Shown here: piece by piece, positions 10,726 through 22,400 of the stretch
Numbering within the stretch: position 1 is the stretch's first letter
Layout of the letters: the number at the start of each line of letters is the position of its first letter
Assembly (NCBI GenBank): GCA_963759805.1
Contig: CAVXAT010000004.1
Location: 32,001 to 96,000, forward strand
Direction: 5' to 3'
Source of the DNA: an uncultured bacterium
Lineage (GTDB): Bacteria > Babelota > Babeliae > Babelales > RVW-14
DNA length: 64,000 nt
Program-made: the position numbers and the translations under genes
The notes under the pieces: generated by a model
Database searches by the model: none
What the model saw: only the letters and a program-made list of their open reading frames with translations
Told to the model about the DNA's origin: nothing

Positions 10726-11412
10726 ATGCAGCATTTAGCAATAATTCCTGATGGGAATCGTCGTTGGGCTAAACAGAATAAACTTAAAACGGTTTTAGGG
10801 CATAACAAGGGTGGACAGGCTATTAAGGCTGCAATTGCTGTCTGCCTGAAAAACAAGATCAAATATCTCTCTATTTATACGTTTTCACTCGAAAATTTCA
10901 ATCGCAGTGATTTAGAAAAAGAGTATCTTTTTAAGATGATTCCCGATCAGATAAGGGAAAATAGACAGGATTTGCTGAAAAATCATGTACGAGTGCAATT
11001 TCTTGGTGACAGAACAAAATTCCCATCCGGCACACTTGATGTTATAAATTCTATCGAAGAAGAGACCAAAAAATTTGATAATCTTACCGTGAGTTTTCTT
11101 TTTTGTTATGGCGGACGTCAAGAGATTTTGCATGCTGTAAAAGACCTTTGCAAAGATGTTGCCAGTGGCGCGCTGAGTGCTGACAAAATAGATGAACAGA
11201 TTTTACGTAATTATTTATGGGCATCCAGTTTGCCTGACCCCGATTTAATAATTAGAACCAGCGGAATTTCAAGATTAAGTAATTTTTTTACATTTCAGGC
11301 AGCATACAGCGAACTTATGTTTCTTGACTGTTTTTGGCCTGAAGTTGATCAGGCGCGTTTACAGAAATGCATCGATGATTACACGAATATCTCAAGAAAT
11401 TTTGGTAAATAA
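10726..11412 (+). CDS. uppS: undecaprenyl (polyprenyl) diphosphate synthase
   Basis: HLAIIPDGNRRWA, FSLENFNRS, YGGRQEI, PDPDLIIRTSG..RLSNF, AYSEL. Confidence 0.96.
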   Translation: MQHLAIIPDGNRRWAKQNKLKTVLGHNKGGQAIKAAIAVCLKNKIKYLSIYTFSLENFNRSDLEKEYLFKMIPDQIRENRQDLLKNHVRVQFLGDRTKFPSGTLDVINSIEEETKKFDNLTVSFLFCYGGRQEILHAVKDLCKDVASGALSADKIDEQILRNYLWASSLPDPDLIIRTSGISRLSNFFTFQAAYSELMFLDCFWPEVDQARLQKCIDDYTNISRNFGK

Positions 11413-11447
11413 CTTTTAAGTTTTGATAATTAAGGATATCTTTGAGT

Positions 11448-12452
11448 ATGGAAAAAATTGTTACGGTACTCGGTTCCGGAGCTTGGGGGACGGCTCTTTC
11501 TCATTTGTTGGCTGAAAATGGCTACGATGTTATCTTATGGTGCAATGAATCTAATGTTGTCAAAGACATAACGCTAACAGGGATTAATAAAGATTTTTTA
11601 CCCGGCGTTAAGCTTAATTCAAAAATCAGACCTACCAATGATCTTCAAGCGGCAATTCAATCAAGCGAATTTATCTTCGAGGCCATTCCGGTCAAGTATA
11701 TCCGAACTGTTTTTACTTCTGCCAAAACTTATGTAACCCAAAACCATAAATTTATTGTTTCCAGCAAGGGGATTGAACAGGACACCTCGATGCTTGCAAG
11801 TCAGGTAGTCTGTGATATTTTGGGCGCGGATACTCAAGTTGTAGCTTTTGGTGGGCCTAATTTTGCAAAAGATATAGCAGCCAAAACTGTCACGGCAACA
11901 GTTGTTGCATCCAATGATGTGCAAATTGCAACCCAAATTGCACAAACGCTTAGCAATAATTACTTCAAATCGTATATATCAAGTGATATCAATGGGGTTC
12001 AGGTTGGCGGTGCAATTAAAAATATTTTTGCGTTAACGATTGGCATGGCTCATGGCCTTGGGTACAGTGAGAATACAATTGCGTTTTTAATGACAAGATG
12101 TTTATTTGAATTGAGTGTTTTGACCAAACATTTTGGCGGTAGGCAAGAGACTGTTTATGGGCTGTCGGGGTTTGGAGATCTGTTTTTAACTTGTAGTTCG
12201 TCTGTGAGTAAGAATTTTAAGTTTGGAAGATTGTTTGGACAGGGAATACCATTAACTGAATTATCAAGTCAGTATGCAGCGATTCCCGAAGGTGTGAATA
12301 CTCTTCAAGCGATAAAAAAATTAGTTGATCATAATAACTTAAATCTTCCGATTTGTATGGGGACTTATGACGTCATTTTTCAGGGTATGGCTTTTAAAAA
12401 TATAATTAATAGGGTGATTGCTCAGCCCTTGAATCACGAGATTGAGTTCTAA
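11448..12452 (+). CDS. gpsA: NAD(P)H-dependent glycerol-3-phosphate dehydrogenase
   Basis: VLGSGAWGTAL, SKGIE, GPNFA, GGAIKN, GLSGFGDL..TC, EG motifs. Confidence 0.95.
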   Translation: MEKIVTVLGSGAWGTALSHLLAENGYDVILWCNESNVVKDITLTGINKDFLPGVKLNSKIRPTNDLQAAIQSSEFIFEAIPVKYIRTVFTSAKTYVTQNHKFIVSSKGIEQDTSMLASQVVCDILGADTQVVAFGGPNFAKDIAAKTVTATVVASNDVQIATQIAQTLSNNYFKSYISSDINGVQVGGAIKNIFALTIGMAHGLGYSENTIAFLMTRCLFELSVLTKHFGGRQETVYGLSGFGDLFLTCSSSVSKNFKFGRLFGQGIPLTELSSQYAAIPEGVNTLQAIKKLVDHNNLNLPICMGTYDVIFQGMAFKNIINRVIAQPLNHEIEF

Positions 12453-13290
12453 CAAACCCAATCCCCTTCTCCTGCAACAACTCCTCCAACTTGAAGAATT
12501 CACGCCAAGCGGCTTTGCTCAACTTTTTTTCAAAAAATGGCAGCGTGACCTTTTTTACCTCTATTCTCGAACAAAGTTCTTGTGTAGCCTTAAATGTTCT
12601 GCACCCGGGCTTGAGTAGGATAACGTTTTGCAGCTCAGTTTTTCCTATATTTTTAATCAAATACTGTTTAAGTTCGTAGTTTATCGTTTTTTCCGGAGAT
12701 GATTTGGTGTTGAAAAATCCGTTATCGACCAATGTTATATTTTTATCAGCATCAAAATTTATTATTAACTTGCCGTCATAAAATGTGCTTGATGCCGGCT
12801 GTTTGTGAAAAAAAGTTGGAATTATACTTAGACAAAAAATTGATAAACAACAGAATCCGAACAGGCTCAAGAATTTTGTTTTAGAGCTTTTAGTTTTAAT
12901 AAAAAGCAGAATTAAGAATGCAACGGCCGGTATCAAAAATAAAAAAAACGTTGTTGGCTTGCAAAATCCCCATAGCCACTCTTTTTTCCCAAGTGATAAT
13001 ATGATATCCCAAAATATCGTTACGAACTCCAAGCTTTTTATTACAAATAAGTTTGGTATACCGATAAGTTCAGTAAAAAATACAAGTGAGCTTAAAATTA
13101 AAAAAATAGTAAGAATTGGTGCAAAAATCAGGTTTCCAATGAGTGTCATCATTGAGATTTGCAATCCCCACCCCACAAGAATTGGGATGGAGACAAGTGT
13201 TACTATCAGCTGAGACTGCACAAAATTTGTTAAGTATCTTTGTATACTCTTTGCTACGCCGGATATGTTCATGACTATCTGATCTGACAA
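12406..13290 (-). CDS. membrane protein resembling the C-terminal part of ComEC/Rec2 (degenerate)
   Basis: SQL.VTL...P....G..IS...LIGNLIFAP resembles the end of the ComEC Competence domain, followed by a LVDNG MBL-like strand without HxHxDH. Confidence 0.5.
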   Translation of the reverse strand: MSDQIVMNISGVAKSIQRYLTNFVQSQLIVTLVSIPILVGWGLQISMMTLIGNLIFAPILTIFLILSSLVFFTELIGIPNLFVIKSLEFVTIFWDIILSLGKKEWLWGFCKPTTFFLFLIPAVAFLILLFIKTKSSKTKFLSLFGFCCLSIFCLSIIPTFFHKQPASSTFYDGKLIINFDADKNITLVDNGFFNTKSSPEKTINYELKQYLIKNIGKTELQNVILLKPGCRTFKATQELCSRIEVKKVTLPFFEKKLSKAAWREFFKLEELLQEKGIGFVRTQSRDSRAEQSPY

Positions 13291-14015
13291 AAATCAAGAT
13301 ATAAAAGCTTTAGAAACATGCTTGAGCTGCCAGGACATGGCGGCTTATGTAGCCGTTTTTGTAATATTGCAAGCCTGTTGGCTGTAGATTTATCCTCGCA
13401 TCGCGCTTTGTCTTTTAAAAAATACTCCATTAAATCGTAACACAGCTCCACGCATTCCTGTTCTGACAGTGTGGTTTTTTTTAGCTCCTGATCAAAAACA
13501 ATTGGATCCGGCAGATTTTCCGGTGCTTTAAAATATTTAAAAAACACATGTTGAGCCGTTTGTTCATTTTCACCGGAAATTTTTATTATATGTGATCGTG
13601 AAACAATTGTTGTCGGCAGAGTATTAATATTTTCGGCTAGCAAGATAAATTTATAGCCGGCGGGTGGTTCTTCTAGAACTTTGAGCAGTTTATTTGCCGT
13701 TGCGGCGTTAAGCGATGATGCTTTATCAAGAACGAAAAAGCATGTTTGCCCGGTGTCCAGGGCAAATTTTGTGCGGTCAAAGATTATTTCGACATCATCG
13801 ACGGAGTAATTTTTCTCCGGACTTATCCAGACTAAGCAGGGATGCTGGTGATTTTTTATCCTGCGGCATTCAAGGCAAAAGCAATTTGCTACTTTTTGTT
13901 CACAGAAATGCGATCTGATTGCAAGCTCGACCAAATTTTGTATTTGTTCAAGTTGGCCAACGACCAACCGTGTTGGAACGCTTGCATTCAATATTTCGTT
14001 TATTATTTGGTTCAT
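13275..14015 (-). CDS. holB: DNA polymerase III delta-prime subunit
   Basis: C..C.C..C zinc module, HP, AANKLLKVLEEPP-like and LPTTIVSR motifs; TAATG overlap with tmk stop. Confidence 0.88.
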   Translation of the reverse strand: MNQIINEILNASVPTRLVVGQLEQIQNLVELAIRSHFCEQKVANCFCLECRRIKNHQHPCLVWISPEKNYSVDDVEIIFDRTKFALDTGQTCFFVLDKASSLNAATANKLLKVLEEPPAGYKFILLAENINTLPTTIVSRSHIIKISGENEQTAQHVFFKYFKAPENLPDPIVFDQELKKTTLSEQECVELCYDLMEYFLKDKARCEDKSTANRLAILQKRLHKPPCPGSSSMFLKLLYLDFCQIR

Positions 14016-14650
14016 TATAAAGCCCGGCATTTGGCCACCGCCTGCCGTAACAGTTCTTCCTGTGTCATCTTTCCATCAAGCACGACAACGCTTTTATTAT
14101 TCATAAAAAGCTCTTCATACCCGTGTTCAACACGCTTCCAGAATTCTATTTTTTCTTTTTCAAGTGTCCAGGGTTCCGATATTCTTTTTTTGATTCTATC
14201 CAACGCCGTTTGTGCGTCAATTCGAATATAAAAAATTAAATCGGGTTTTAAATTTTGCGTTGCCCAGGCGTTTACAGTTTTGATCATTTCAACGTCAAGC
14301 CCTCGTCCATATCCCTGATAGGCAACCGAAGAGTCGGCCCAACGGTCAGAAATAACTATTTTGCCATTTAGCAATTCCGGTTGGATTACCTGCTTGAAGT
14401 GTTGAGCTCTGTCTGCAGCAAACAGTAAATATTCTGCTTTGTCGCATACAGGTTCCCTTTGCCCTTGTAAAATTTTGCGCAAAGACTTGCCCAGTTCTGA
14501 TCCGCCCGGTTCTTTGGTCAGAACAATAGAGGCACCTGTTTTATCAAGCGCGGCCGTTAAATTTTCGGCTAAAGTAGATTTGCCGCAACCGTCTATCCCT
14601 TCGATGGTAATAAATTTACCTCGTGTAACGGAATTATCTTGTGGATGCAT
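14015..14650 (-). CDS. tmk: thymidylate kinase
   Basis: FITIEGIDGCGKST, TKEPGG, LLFAADRAQH, ISDRWADSSVAYQG; upstream starts to 14683 possible. Confidence 0.96.
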   Translation of the reverse strand: MHPQDNSVTRGKFITIEGIDGCGKSTLAENLTAALDKTGASIVLTKEPGGSELGKSLRKILQGQREPVCDKAEYLLFAADRAQHFKQVIQPELLNGKIVISDRWADSSVAYQGYGRGLDVEMIKTVNAWATQNLKPDLIFYIRIDAQTALDRIKKRISEPWTLEKEKIEFWKRVEHGYEELFMNNKSVVVLDGKMTQEELLRQAVAKCRAL

Positions 14651-15875
14651 GGATTTGTCCCTTTGTTCCTGAGACATTTGCATTTGCGATGTTCAACAGA
14701 CTTGCTTGCATATTTTTGATTGTATCAATAACATACTGAACTTCAGTATTTTCCATTTCAGGCCAAATTGGGAGAGATAAAATTGTATGTGTGAGCCCAA
14801 CGGAAACAGGACACGCTTCAAAAATCTCTTTTTGTGTATTCAAGAATGGAATTTGGTTTAGCGATTGAGGGTAAAATATGCGTGTCTGTACGCCGTTTTC
14901 TGCCAGATATTTTTCTACCATGTCGCGAGTTATTATGCCATTTGCGTCAACTATCTGAACTGAGTACTGGTGGTAAACATGTTTGCCAAGTACTGTTTTT
15001 GGTAATTTGAGAAACGAAACATTTGCAAGACCTTTTGTGTACATAGCTGCGATCTCTTGCCTGCGCGCATTCCACTGGTCGATGTAGTCTAGTTTTACAC
15101 TTAAAATTGTCGCTTGCATAGCATCAAGTCTGCTGTTGATGCCAAGCTCTTCATAATTGTAGTGAGATTTGCGTCCGTGGTTGCGCAGCCTGAGAATTTT
15201 TTCGGCTAGATCTGAATCATTTGTTACGCAGCATCCGCCATCACCGTATGCGCCAAGGTTTTTGGTTGGATAGAATGAAAAGCAACCGACAGTCCCAATT
15301 GTTCCTGCCTTTTGTCCTTTATATTCAGCTCCGATGCTTTGTGCAGTGTCTTCAATTATCCAGAGGTTCCAATCGTTTGCAATTTGTTTGATTGGGTCGT
15401 AATCTGCACATTGGCCAAAAATATCTACAGTAACAATGCCTTCAATCAATTGGCTTGTTTTTTTATGAAAAGTTTTGCCATTTTTTATCACGGCATTTTT
15501 CTGCAGCCAACTGCGTAGATTGTTTGGGCAGATATTCAAAGTTTTTGGATCAATATCTATAAAAACTGGGTGAGCTCTGTGTGCTGCGATTTCGCTCGAA
15601 GAAGCAATGAATGAAAATGGTGTTGTTAAAACAATTGAATCAGGTTGGGTTCCTAGGGCCTTTACTGCTATCCAAAGTGCGTCTGTTCCGGAGTTGCACG
15701 AAATCACATGTTTTACCCCCAGATGTTTAGCAAATTTTTCTTCAAATTGTGTTACAAATGTTCCACCAATAAACTGTTGGCTTGCAAGTACTGAGTCAAT
15801 AGCAGATTTAATTTTAGGTTCTAAATTTTTAACCTGTCGTGCAAGTGAGAAAAATGTAATGTTTTGCTTGCTCAT
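14634..15875 (-). CDS. DegT/DnrJ/EryC1/StrS PLP-dependent aminotransferase
   Basis: NSGTDAL, IEDTAQSIG, SFYPTKNLGAYGDGG, GINSRLD. Confidence 0.95.
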   Translation of the reverse strand: MSKQNITFFSLARQVKNLEPKIKSAIDSVLASQQFIGGTFVTQFEEKFAKHLGVKHVISCNSGTDALWIAVKALGTQPDSIVLTTPFSFIASSSEIAAHRAHPVFIDIDPKTLNICPNNLRSWLQKNAVIKNGKTFHKKTSQLIEGIVTVDIFGQCADYDPIKQIANDWNLWIIEDTAQSIGAEYKGQKAGTIGTVGCFSFYPTKNLGAYGDGGCCVTNDSDLAEKILRLRNHGRKSHYNYEELGINSRLDAMQATILSVKLDYIDQWNARRQEIAAMYTKGLANVSFLKLPKTVLGKHVYHQYSVQIVDANGIITRDMVEKYLAENGVQTRIFYPQSLNQIPFLNTQKEIFEACPVSVGLTHTILSLPIWPEMENTEVQYVIDTIKNMQASLLNIANANVSGTKGQIHASTR

Positions 15876-16088
15876 TCGAAACTCCTTAAAAAAATTTCAA
15901 AACTCTTTACTTTTTCTGTGGTCATTTGATTTAATAAAACCACTTGATTTTTTAAGAGATAGAAATAATGATGATATTATTTGAATTTTACATTGGTATG
16001 AATACCATAAATGTAATAAATATTTTGTAAAGTAAAAATAAAAATAAAGTTTTATAAATCAATAAAAAACTGGTTTGTGGCAACAAAA

Positions 16089-16163
16089 TTGACACTTCTG
16101 AAATATAAAATTTATGATGTCTTGGGAAAATGGCCTTGACATTTATGGCATTAGGGCTAATTT
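16089..16163 (+). promoter_or_regulatory. tandem sigma70-like promoters upstream of the giant gene
   Basis: TTGACA at 16089 with TATGAT 18 bp downstream; second TTGACA at 16136. Confidence 0.5.
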
Positions 16164-16464
16164 TATCATGAATGAAGCCAGTCCAAGCGAGAGTAACAAA
16201 GGGGAGAGGATATGAAGGCATTCACTTATTCAAATTTTTCTTCTTGTTGTTTCTTTATATCTTTATGTTTCTCTTTATCAAATCAGATTTTTAGGTCGGA
16301 AGTTAGGTACGTCAGAAGACTTCTTAATGTTTTAGTTGAGGTTTTTGGTTTCAAAGACTTTAAGTAGAAGAAAGGAGGGTGCGGCATAGAAAGGTCCACA
16401 ATTTAAGGAATATTGTTTTATGTAGGTGTGTTTTTTAGGTATTTCCTAAAAAAGGAGTAGATAG

Positions 16465-19400
16465 ATGAATAGAAAACTGCGAATGTTATTGTTCTCCGCA
16501 GCGCTTTTGGGGTTAACATTTATGACCCGAGCGGTGGATAATAGTCAAGATTGGATGCCGATTGGCGATGACAAAGTCGACTTAGGTACGAATATTCTCG
16601 ATGGTACAGAAAGTAGTGAATATTACGTTGTCGAAACCGGTGGTGTTTATGTAAATGGCGATCGTATTTGGGGTGTTAAATCTGGCCATGGTTATAACGG
16701 TCATAATATAAACTTCCAGGCTATAGCCGGTGATACAAATACATTAAATATTTATGGTACCTTGTGGGATGATACCGGTTCAGCAGAAATACCCGATGAA
16801 GATGGAAATCCGTTTCAATGTTCATTAAAAATCGACGGAAATGTCCACATTGATGTTTTGGATGCGAATACTACTGCTACAGTTAATGTTGTGAAAAGTC
16901 CTTTAGCAGAAGCAAAAGACTTAGACGTTCCAACAATTATTGAACCATACATCTATGAGTATACATCATTCGCCGGAGGTACTGAAGGGTCTAATTATTC
17001 GTTGGTTGTTTTTAATGTTGCAACAGGAAACACTCTTTTCGTTAACATTGGAACAGACATAACGTTTAGAGGTCGTACAGTTGGCAAGCGCCCTGAAGAA
17101 ACCCTCAACAGTGACGGATATGTACGTGCCAAACAAATAGAAGAAACTATTTACGACATGGTAATTGTTTTCAAAGGTGCAGGCCAAACAAAGTTTGTCC
17201 TTGCCGATGGAACAATCGTCTCATTTAATGGTGGTGTTGATAAGACTCATGGAATTACAATTGACCCTGTGTCAGGCGAAATTACATGGAGTACACTTTC
17301 AAATCATGCGGCAGGAACAAAGGTATTCCTCTGTATGGACCAAGCACAAACCGATGTGAATAACGGTCAAAGCAAAGTTGTATTTGAACGTGACAACACA
17401 ACTAACCCAGATGCACGTTCGATGGTTTTTGTCGGTTATAACTCATTAATCACATATCTGTCAGACAACAAGACCGGTTTGGTTGGTGGTGGAACACAAC
17501 CTGGCGGATGTGCTGCTCTGGCATTTGATCCTTCAAATGTGGAAGGTAGCGGTCGCTTGATTCTCTTCTTAAAAGGTGCGTATGATTGGTGGTGGGATTA
17601 CGTATCAGAGGAGCCTGATTCAGAAAATCCTCACGAATATTTTTATGAAATACACAGCAAATATCCATTCAACGATGCTGCAGTTATTGTAGCAGGTCAT
17701 TATGTTCCTGACTTCTCAGATGACTCTATTCTTGACTACGATGGCTATGATCAAAGTATTACAAGCGATGTAGATTACAGTATTCCTGCAGGTATTACAG
17801 CCAAATTTAACATTATTGATAATAACTATTATAACGATCCAACAATTGTAAAACCGGTTACTGATGATCCAGAAAATAAACGTTTGCTATGGGTTATTAA
17901 CGATGTACAAAACCATGGTACTTTAGCATCCGATCCATACTGGTATTATTGGAATTCTTCAAGCTATGGTTATGATTGGGCTTGGTTCAACAATGGTAAA
18001 ACACCAACTGCAGACAGCCGTAACGTACGTCATGGATTTATCATTGGTATCAATGGTGTAATGGATATTTATGATAACACAGGGTTGGCATTTGTTGCAG
18101 GCGCGTTGAATCAAGTGGATCCACTTATAGCGCGTGATCTTGATGATGGTGGTATGTCGCTTGAAAATCAATACATAAAGGCGAGAAACCCATCGGCACT
18201 TATAATAGATAATGTTGATGAATCTTTATTTGCAGCCGGCAAGGTTGCATTTACTGCCGGTAATCCATTTATGACTGGGCCTGTGAATGGGGCTTCTACA
18301 GGCTTGATCAATGAAAACGCAGTACATGCCCAAATTCTCCTACGTGGTAATGGTGTTGCATACTTCATGGAAGCGGCTTCAAGCTGCCTCCCTGTCCTTG
18401 ATCCAAATACCTGTGCTATTACTGAGTATGCTCCGGTGCCATTTGGATATATATTCAACTTCTGGGCAAAAACCACTCATCCAGCTTCAGATGATCCTGT
18501 TGGCGATCCATTCCTTAACTATGAACAAGCATTAGCTGTTGGCCAAGGTGGTTATGGATCAGTCGTTTGTTCAACATATGATGGATGGCAGCTTAGTTCA
18601 AACGACATGACTCAACCTATTCCTCAAGCTTTAGGTGAAGGCATTGAAGGTATACATGTTCTTGATGTAGAAGGTAAGCTTTCTACGCATGGGCTATTCA
18701 ATACAACATTATATGTGGATCCTTATGCGTTTCCGCTTGTCCCTCGTAGCTATGACTCAGCATACGACAATGGTACGCTTGAAATATCACCGGTTGTAAG
18801 AGATTGGACCGGTATGGAAATTGATTCCTTGGGTAATGAGATTTCTCGTCCATTGTTAAACGACGGAACACAGTATCCTCGTTACAACAGTCCTGCAATG
18901 TACCTCAACTTTAATGCTCAACTGTTTAACACAATTTTGCGTCACGATGATGCAACCAAATATGTTGATGGAGTTCCTTCAGATTCAGATCCTGCATACA
19001 CCGGTGGCGAAGTATACTTCTTTAGCAATGAAAATCCAGTATTCGTTGTAGATTATCCATCATCTCCAGACAGATATCGTATGCCGGAACTAAGATTCTT
19101 CAACTCATCATTTGAGTTGCATGAATCTGCTTGTACATCAGGCGTACGTTTTGTATACAGAGATATTCCTACGGGAGAAATGGTCAACGGGGTTGCAGTA
19201 ACCGGCGGTGCAGATGGCAATAACCTTAGCACAGTCACATTCTTTGACCATGGTGATGTTCTTGACTCAGTTGGCAAAGGGTTTGGCCGTGCATTGGTGT
19301 TCAGCAGCACGAATGTATTAATGTCTGACGGTTCGTATAACTATGCAACAGAAAGCTCATTTGTAAATGTGTACAAAGGGAATATGCCTCTTGTTTCACC

Positions 19401-22400
19401 TGCTGTTTCATCCACTGCGCAACTCACATTGTTGCGTGCTGATGAGTATCCAGATGTTCTTGGAGTTAGCTACCTAAACCAAAATGCACACCACCTGTTT
19501 ATGCTCTCTCAGCCTGATGTAAGTGTTTCAGAGCTTAATCCGGATACAACAGGTGCACACTGCTGGATGTTGCTTGGCTGGCCAAGAATGACAACAAGCG
19601 ATACACTTGCTGGTACATCATTCTATCCTGATACTCCAGATATGGTATTCCCATTTGCTGATTCAGGAGAAATTGTAAGTGGAAATCCATTCCCAGCAAT
19701 GCCTTATGATACACGAACAATTTCTAATGCTATTCCATTTAATCCGGAAAGTGTTATTCCTCTACCTGGTCACGTGATTTTCCCTCTTGATGTAATTCAC
19801 CCAACATATCCAGCAACTCCCGGTGTACTTGCAATAGGTAATGGCGGTCAAACTCCTTCAGGTGATTCTGATGGTACCTTGATCACATTTGGTAGTTGGA
19901 ATAAAGATGGATATGCAGTTCTACCTCCAGTTACATCTTCGTCACAAGATGGCACAGAGTCAGGATTGTACGTCAGAGACGGCATAATCTATGACAGTCA
20001 TGGCGGCAAGGTAACAATAACAACAAGCGGGTTTGATCCTAATGATCCTTCAACACGCAACTACAAGACACCTGTAACATATTTTGACACAATGGTTGCA
20101 AAATTATTGTGGAATGATTGGGATTACGAAAACTATGTGAGAGATTATCAATTCAGCGGAATTTTCGATCTTCCTGCTGATCAAGTAGTTTTCTCAAAGA
20201 CCTATGCTGTTCAGCCATGGGGTCTGACAACAGAGATGATGGAAGCTCGTGGTCCAGTAGATACAAATGGTTTGATTCGTATCGATGCAGATCAAAGCCA
20301 ATATGCATTCAATACGCCTGCAAACACAAGATATTTACGCGCTGATGAAAGTGGCGTAGAAGAGATGTTGATTGGTTGGCACAACAGAGATCCACTACCA
20401 TCACTGTCACAAGCAAAAGGTTCAAAAAGAACGGCCAAAGCCGTAAGAAAAGCTCCTGCGTTTAGTCCAAAAATGCCAAACGAGATTAACAAGTTCTTAA
20501 CACGTGCAACAGAAAGTCCAGATACTCCAGTGGTACGTCCTACATACCTGTTCTACATCGGGCCTGAGGATGATATAAAACAGTTGCGTGTAGCTGGTGC
20601 AACAATGGCTGATCCATTCTGCGTTGACATAGGTGGTGATGGTGAGTGGCCAATTGCAGCTCGTGTTCGTGAAATTGTTTCACAAAAGACAGAAGCTGAT
20701 CTGTACACAGAGCACTTCATTGGTGAGGGTGCACACGCTGTTCTCTTCGGAGAAAGAGGTGGAACAATTGGTCTTGGAACCAGAGATTGGAATGAAAATT
20801 CACTCAGCGCTTGGAATCTTCTTGGCAAAGAGTATGTTTCAATTGCTCCTCTTGGTGATATGACAATTATGCTTAACTCGGATCTTATCGTTGCTGATAA
20901 TTTACCATTGATTGCAACAACGGCATTTGGTTCAGAGCAAACCAATAGATTAACATTCTACTCAGATATACCTCGTGAAATCAGAGTTCCTTCCGGATGT
21001 GTGCTTGACTTAAGCGCATTTGGACAAGGAGCGTATGGGCAAGAGATTGAATTTGCAGGACAAGTCAGACTTGTTCTTGAAGATGGTGCTGCAATTCGCT
21101 TCCCATCACGTGATGTTGCTAATGGTGGCATAGTCCTTTACTTCAATGATGATTCGCAATTTATCTTTGAAGGTCGCGAGATCCCAGGGTACTACGATTC
21201 ATTGGTTCAAACGGATTATGACTCAATCAAGTTGATTGGTAAAGGTGACATCTGGCTCAATAAGAATGCTAAGATGCTGGTCAATGGTGATGTCCGTGTG
21301 GCAGTAGAATCTGACAGGCTTACACCACAAACATCAATCACACTTAGTATGCGTCGTCAATCCGCATGCTACATTGGTGATGAAAGCATGTCAGGTGGTA
21401 TATTCCAAGTTGGTAACACAACAAATTTACAAAGTGATATACCTAATTTCTATCAAGTAAGATTTACACTTGAAATGAACGGCACTGAGGCTATGTTCCA
21501 AATCAACCGCGGAGGCTTCTTTGGCCTTGGCGCAGGTATAATCAACAATGGTAGCGAGGCTGCTTCGTATCCTAACGGTGATGCAACAGTGGTTGACAAT
21601 CCAAAAATACAGACGGATCCTTTACTTCCAAACTTCGGCAAGGCTCGAATAGGGTTGGATGGATTGCCTATGTTCACACCTGATGGTGATTACCAAACAA
21701 TAGGCGGTGGCAATGCATGGGAGGTAACTCCTCTGTACAACGTTTACAGAACATCTGTTGAAATTACAGAAGGTGTATTCCAACACAACAACATTGCTGA
21801 TGGCTCTGATTCTACAGCGTCACTTATGGCTTACGGGCCATCACAAATCCACAGACTGCGTTTGTCCAGTGGTAACCAAGCAATTGTTCGCGGCGGTGGA
21901 AACCTGATGTTTGTACCTTGGTTGAATTGGGATGGTAGCACAACACGTAAATTCTACCCAGCAAACATTTGGAATTACGCCGGCAAGCTCACAACCGGTG
22001 AAGCTTACACAATCCTTGGTTCAGCTGGTATCATCTTGAATTCATTGGTCAGCGCTGACGCATCTGCAGTTACCGACTGGAACGGTGGCCGTTCTGTAAC
22101 ATTTGATGCTACACATGTGGGCGATTGGAACTCAACCGCTTATGATATGTTCAGATACTTCGGCTTCTATCCATATGAGTATCAACAGGCTAAGAGAGTC
22201 TGCTTGGGTGCAACACAGTTTGCTCCGGTAATTGGATTTGTAAACCTTGATGTACAAAATGTTCTGTATCCGGTTACCATGAACAGAATTGTACGTCTAG
22301 ATAATCCAGGCGACATCAATGGGGATGTACGTCAATCTCTCAACCTTGGTTATGTTGATTGTCGTAGTGATGGAAATAATGATCCAGATGTATTTGGAAA

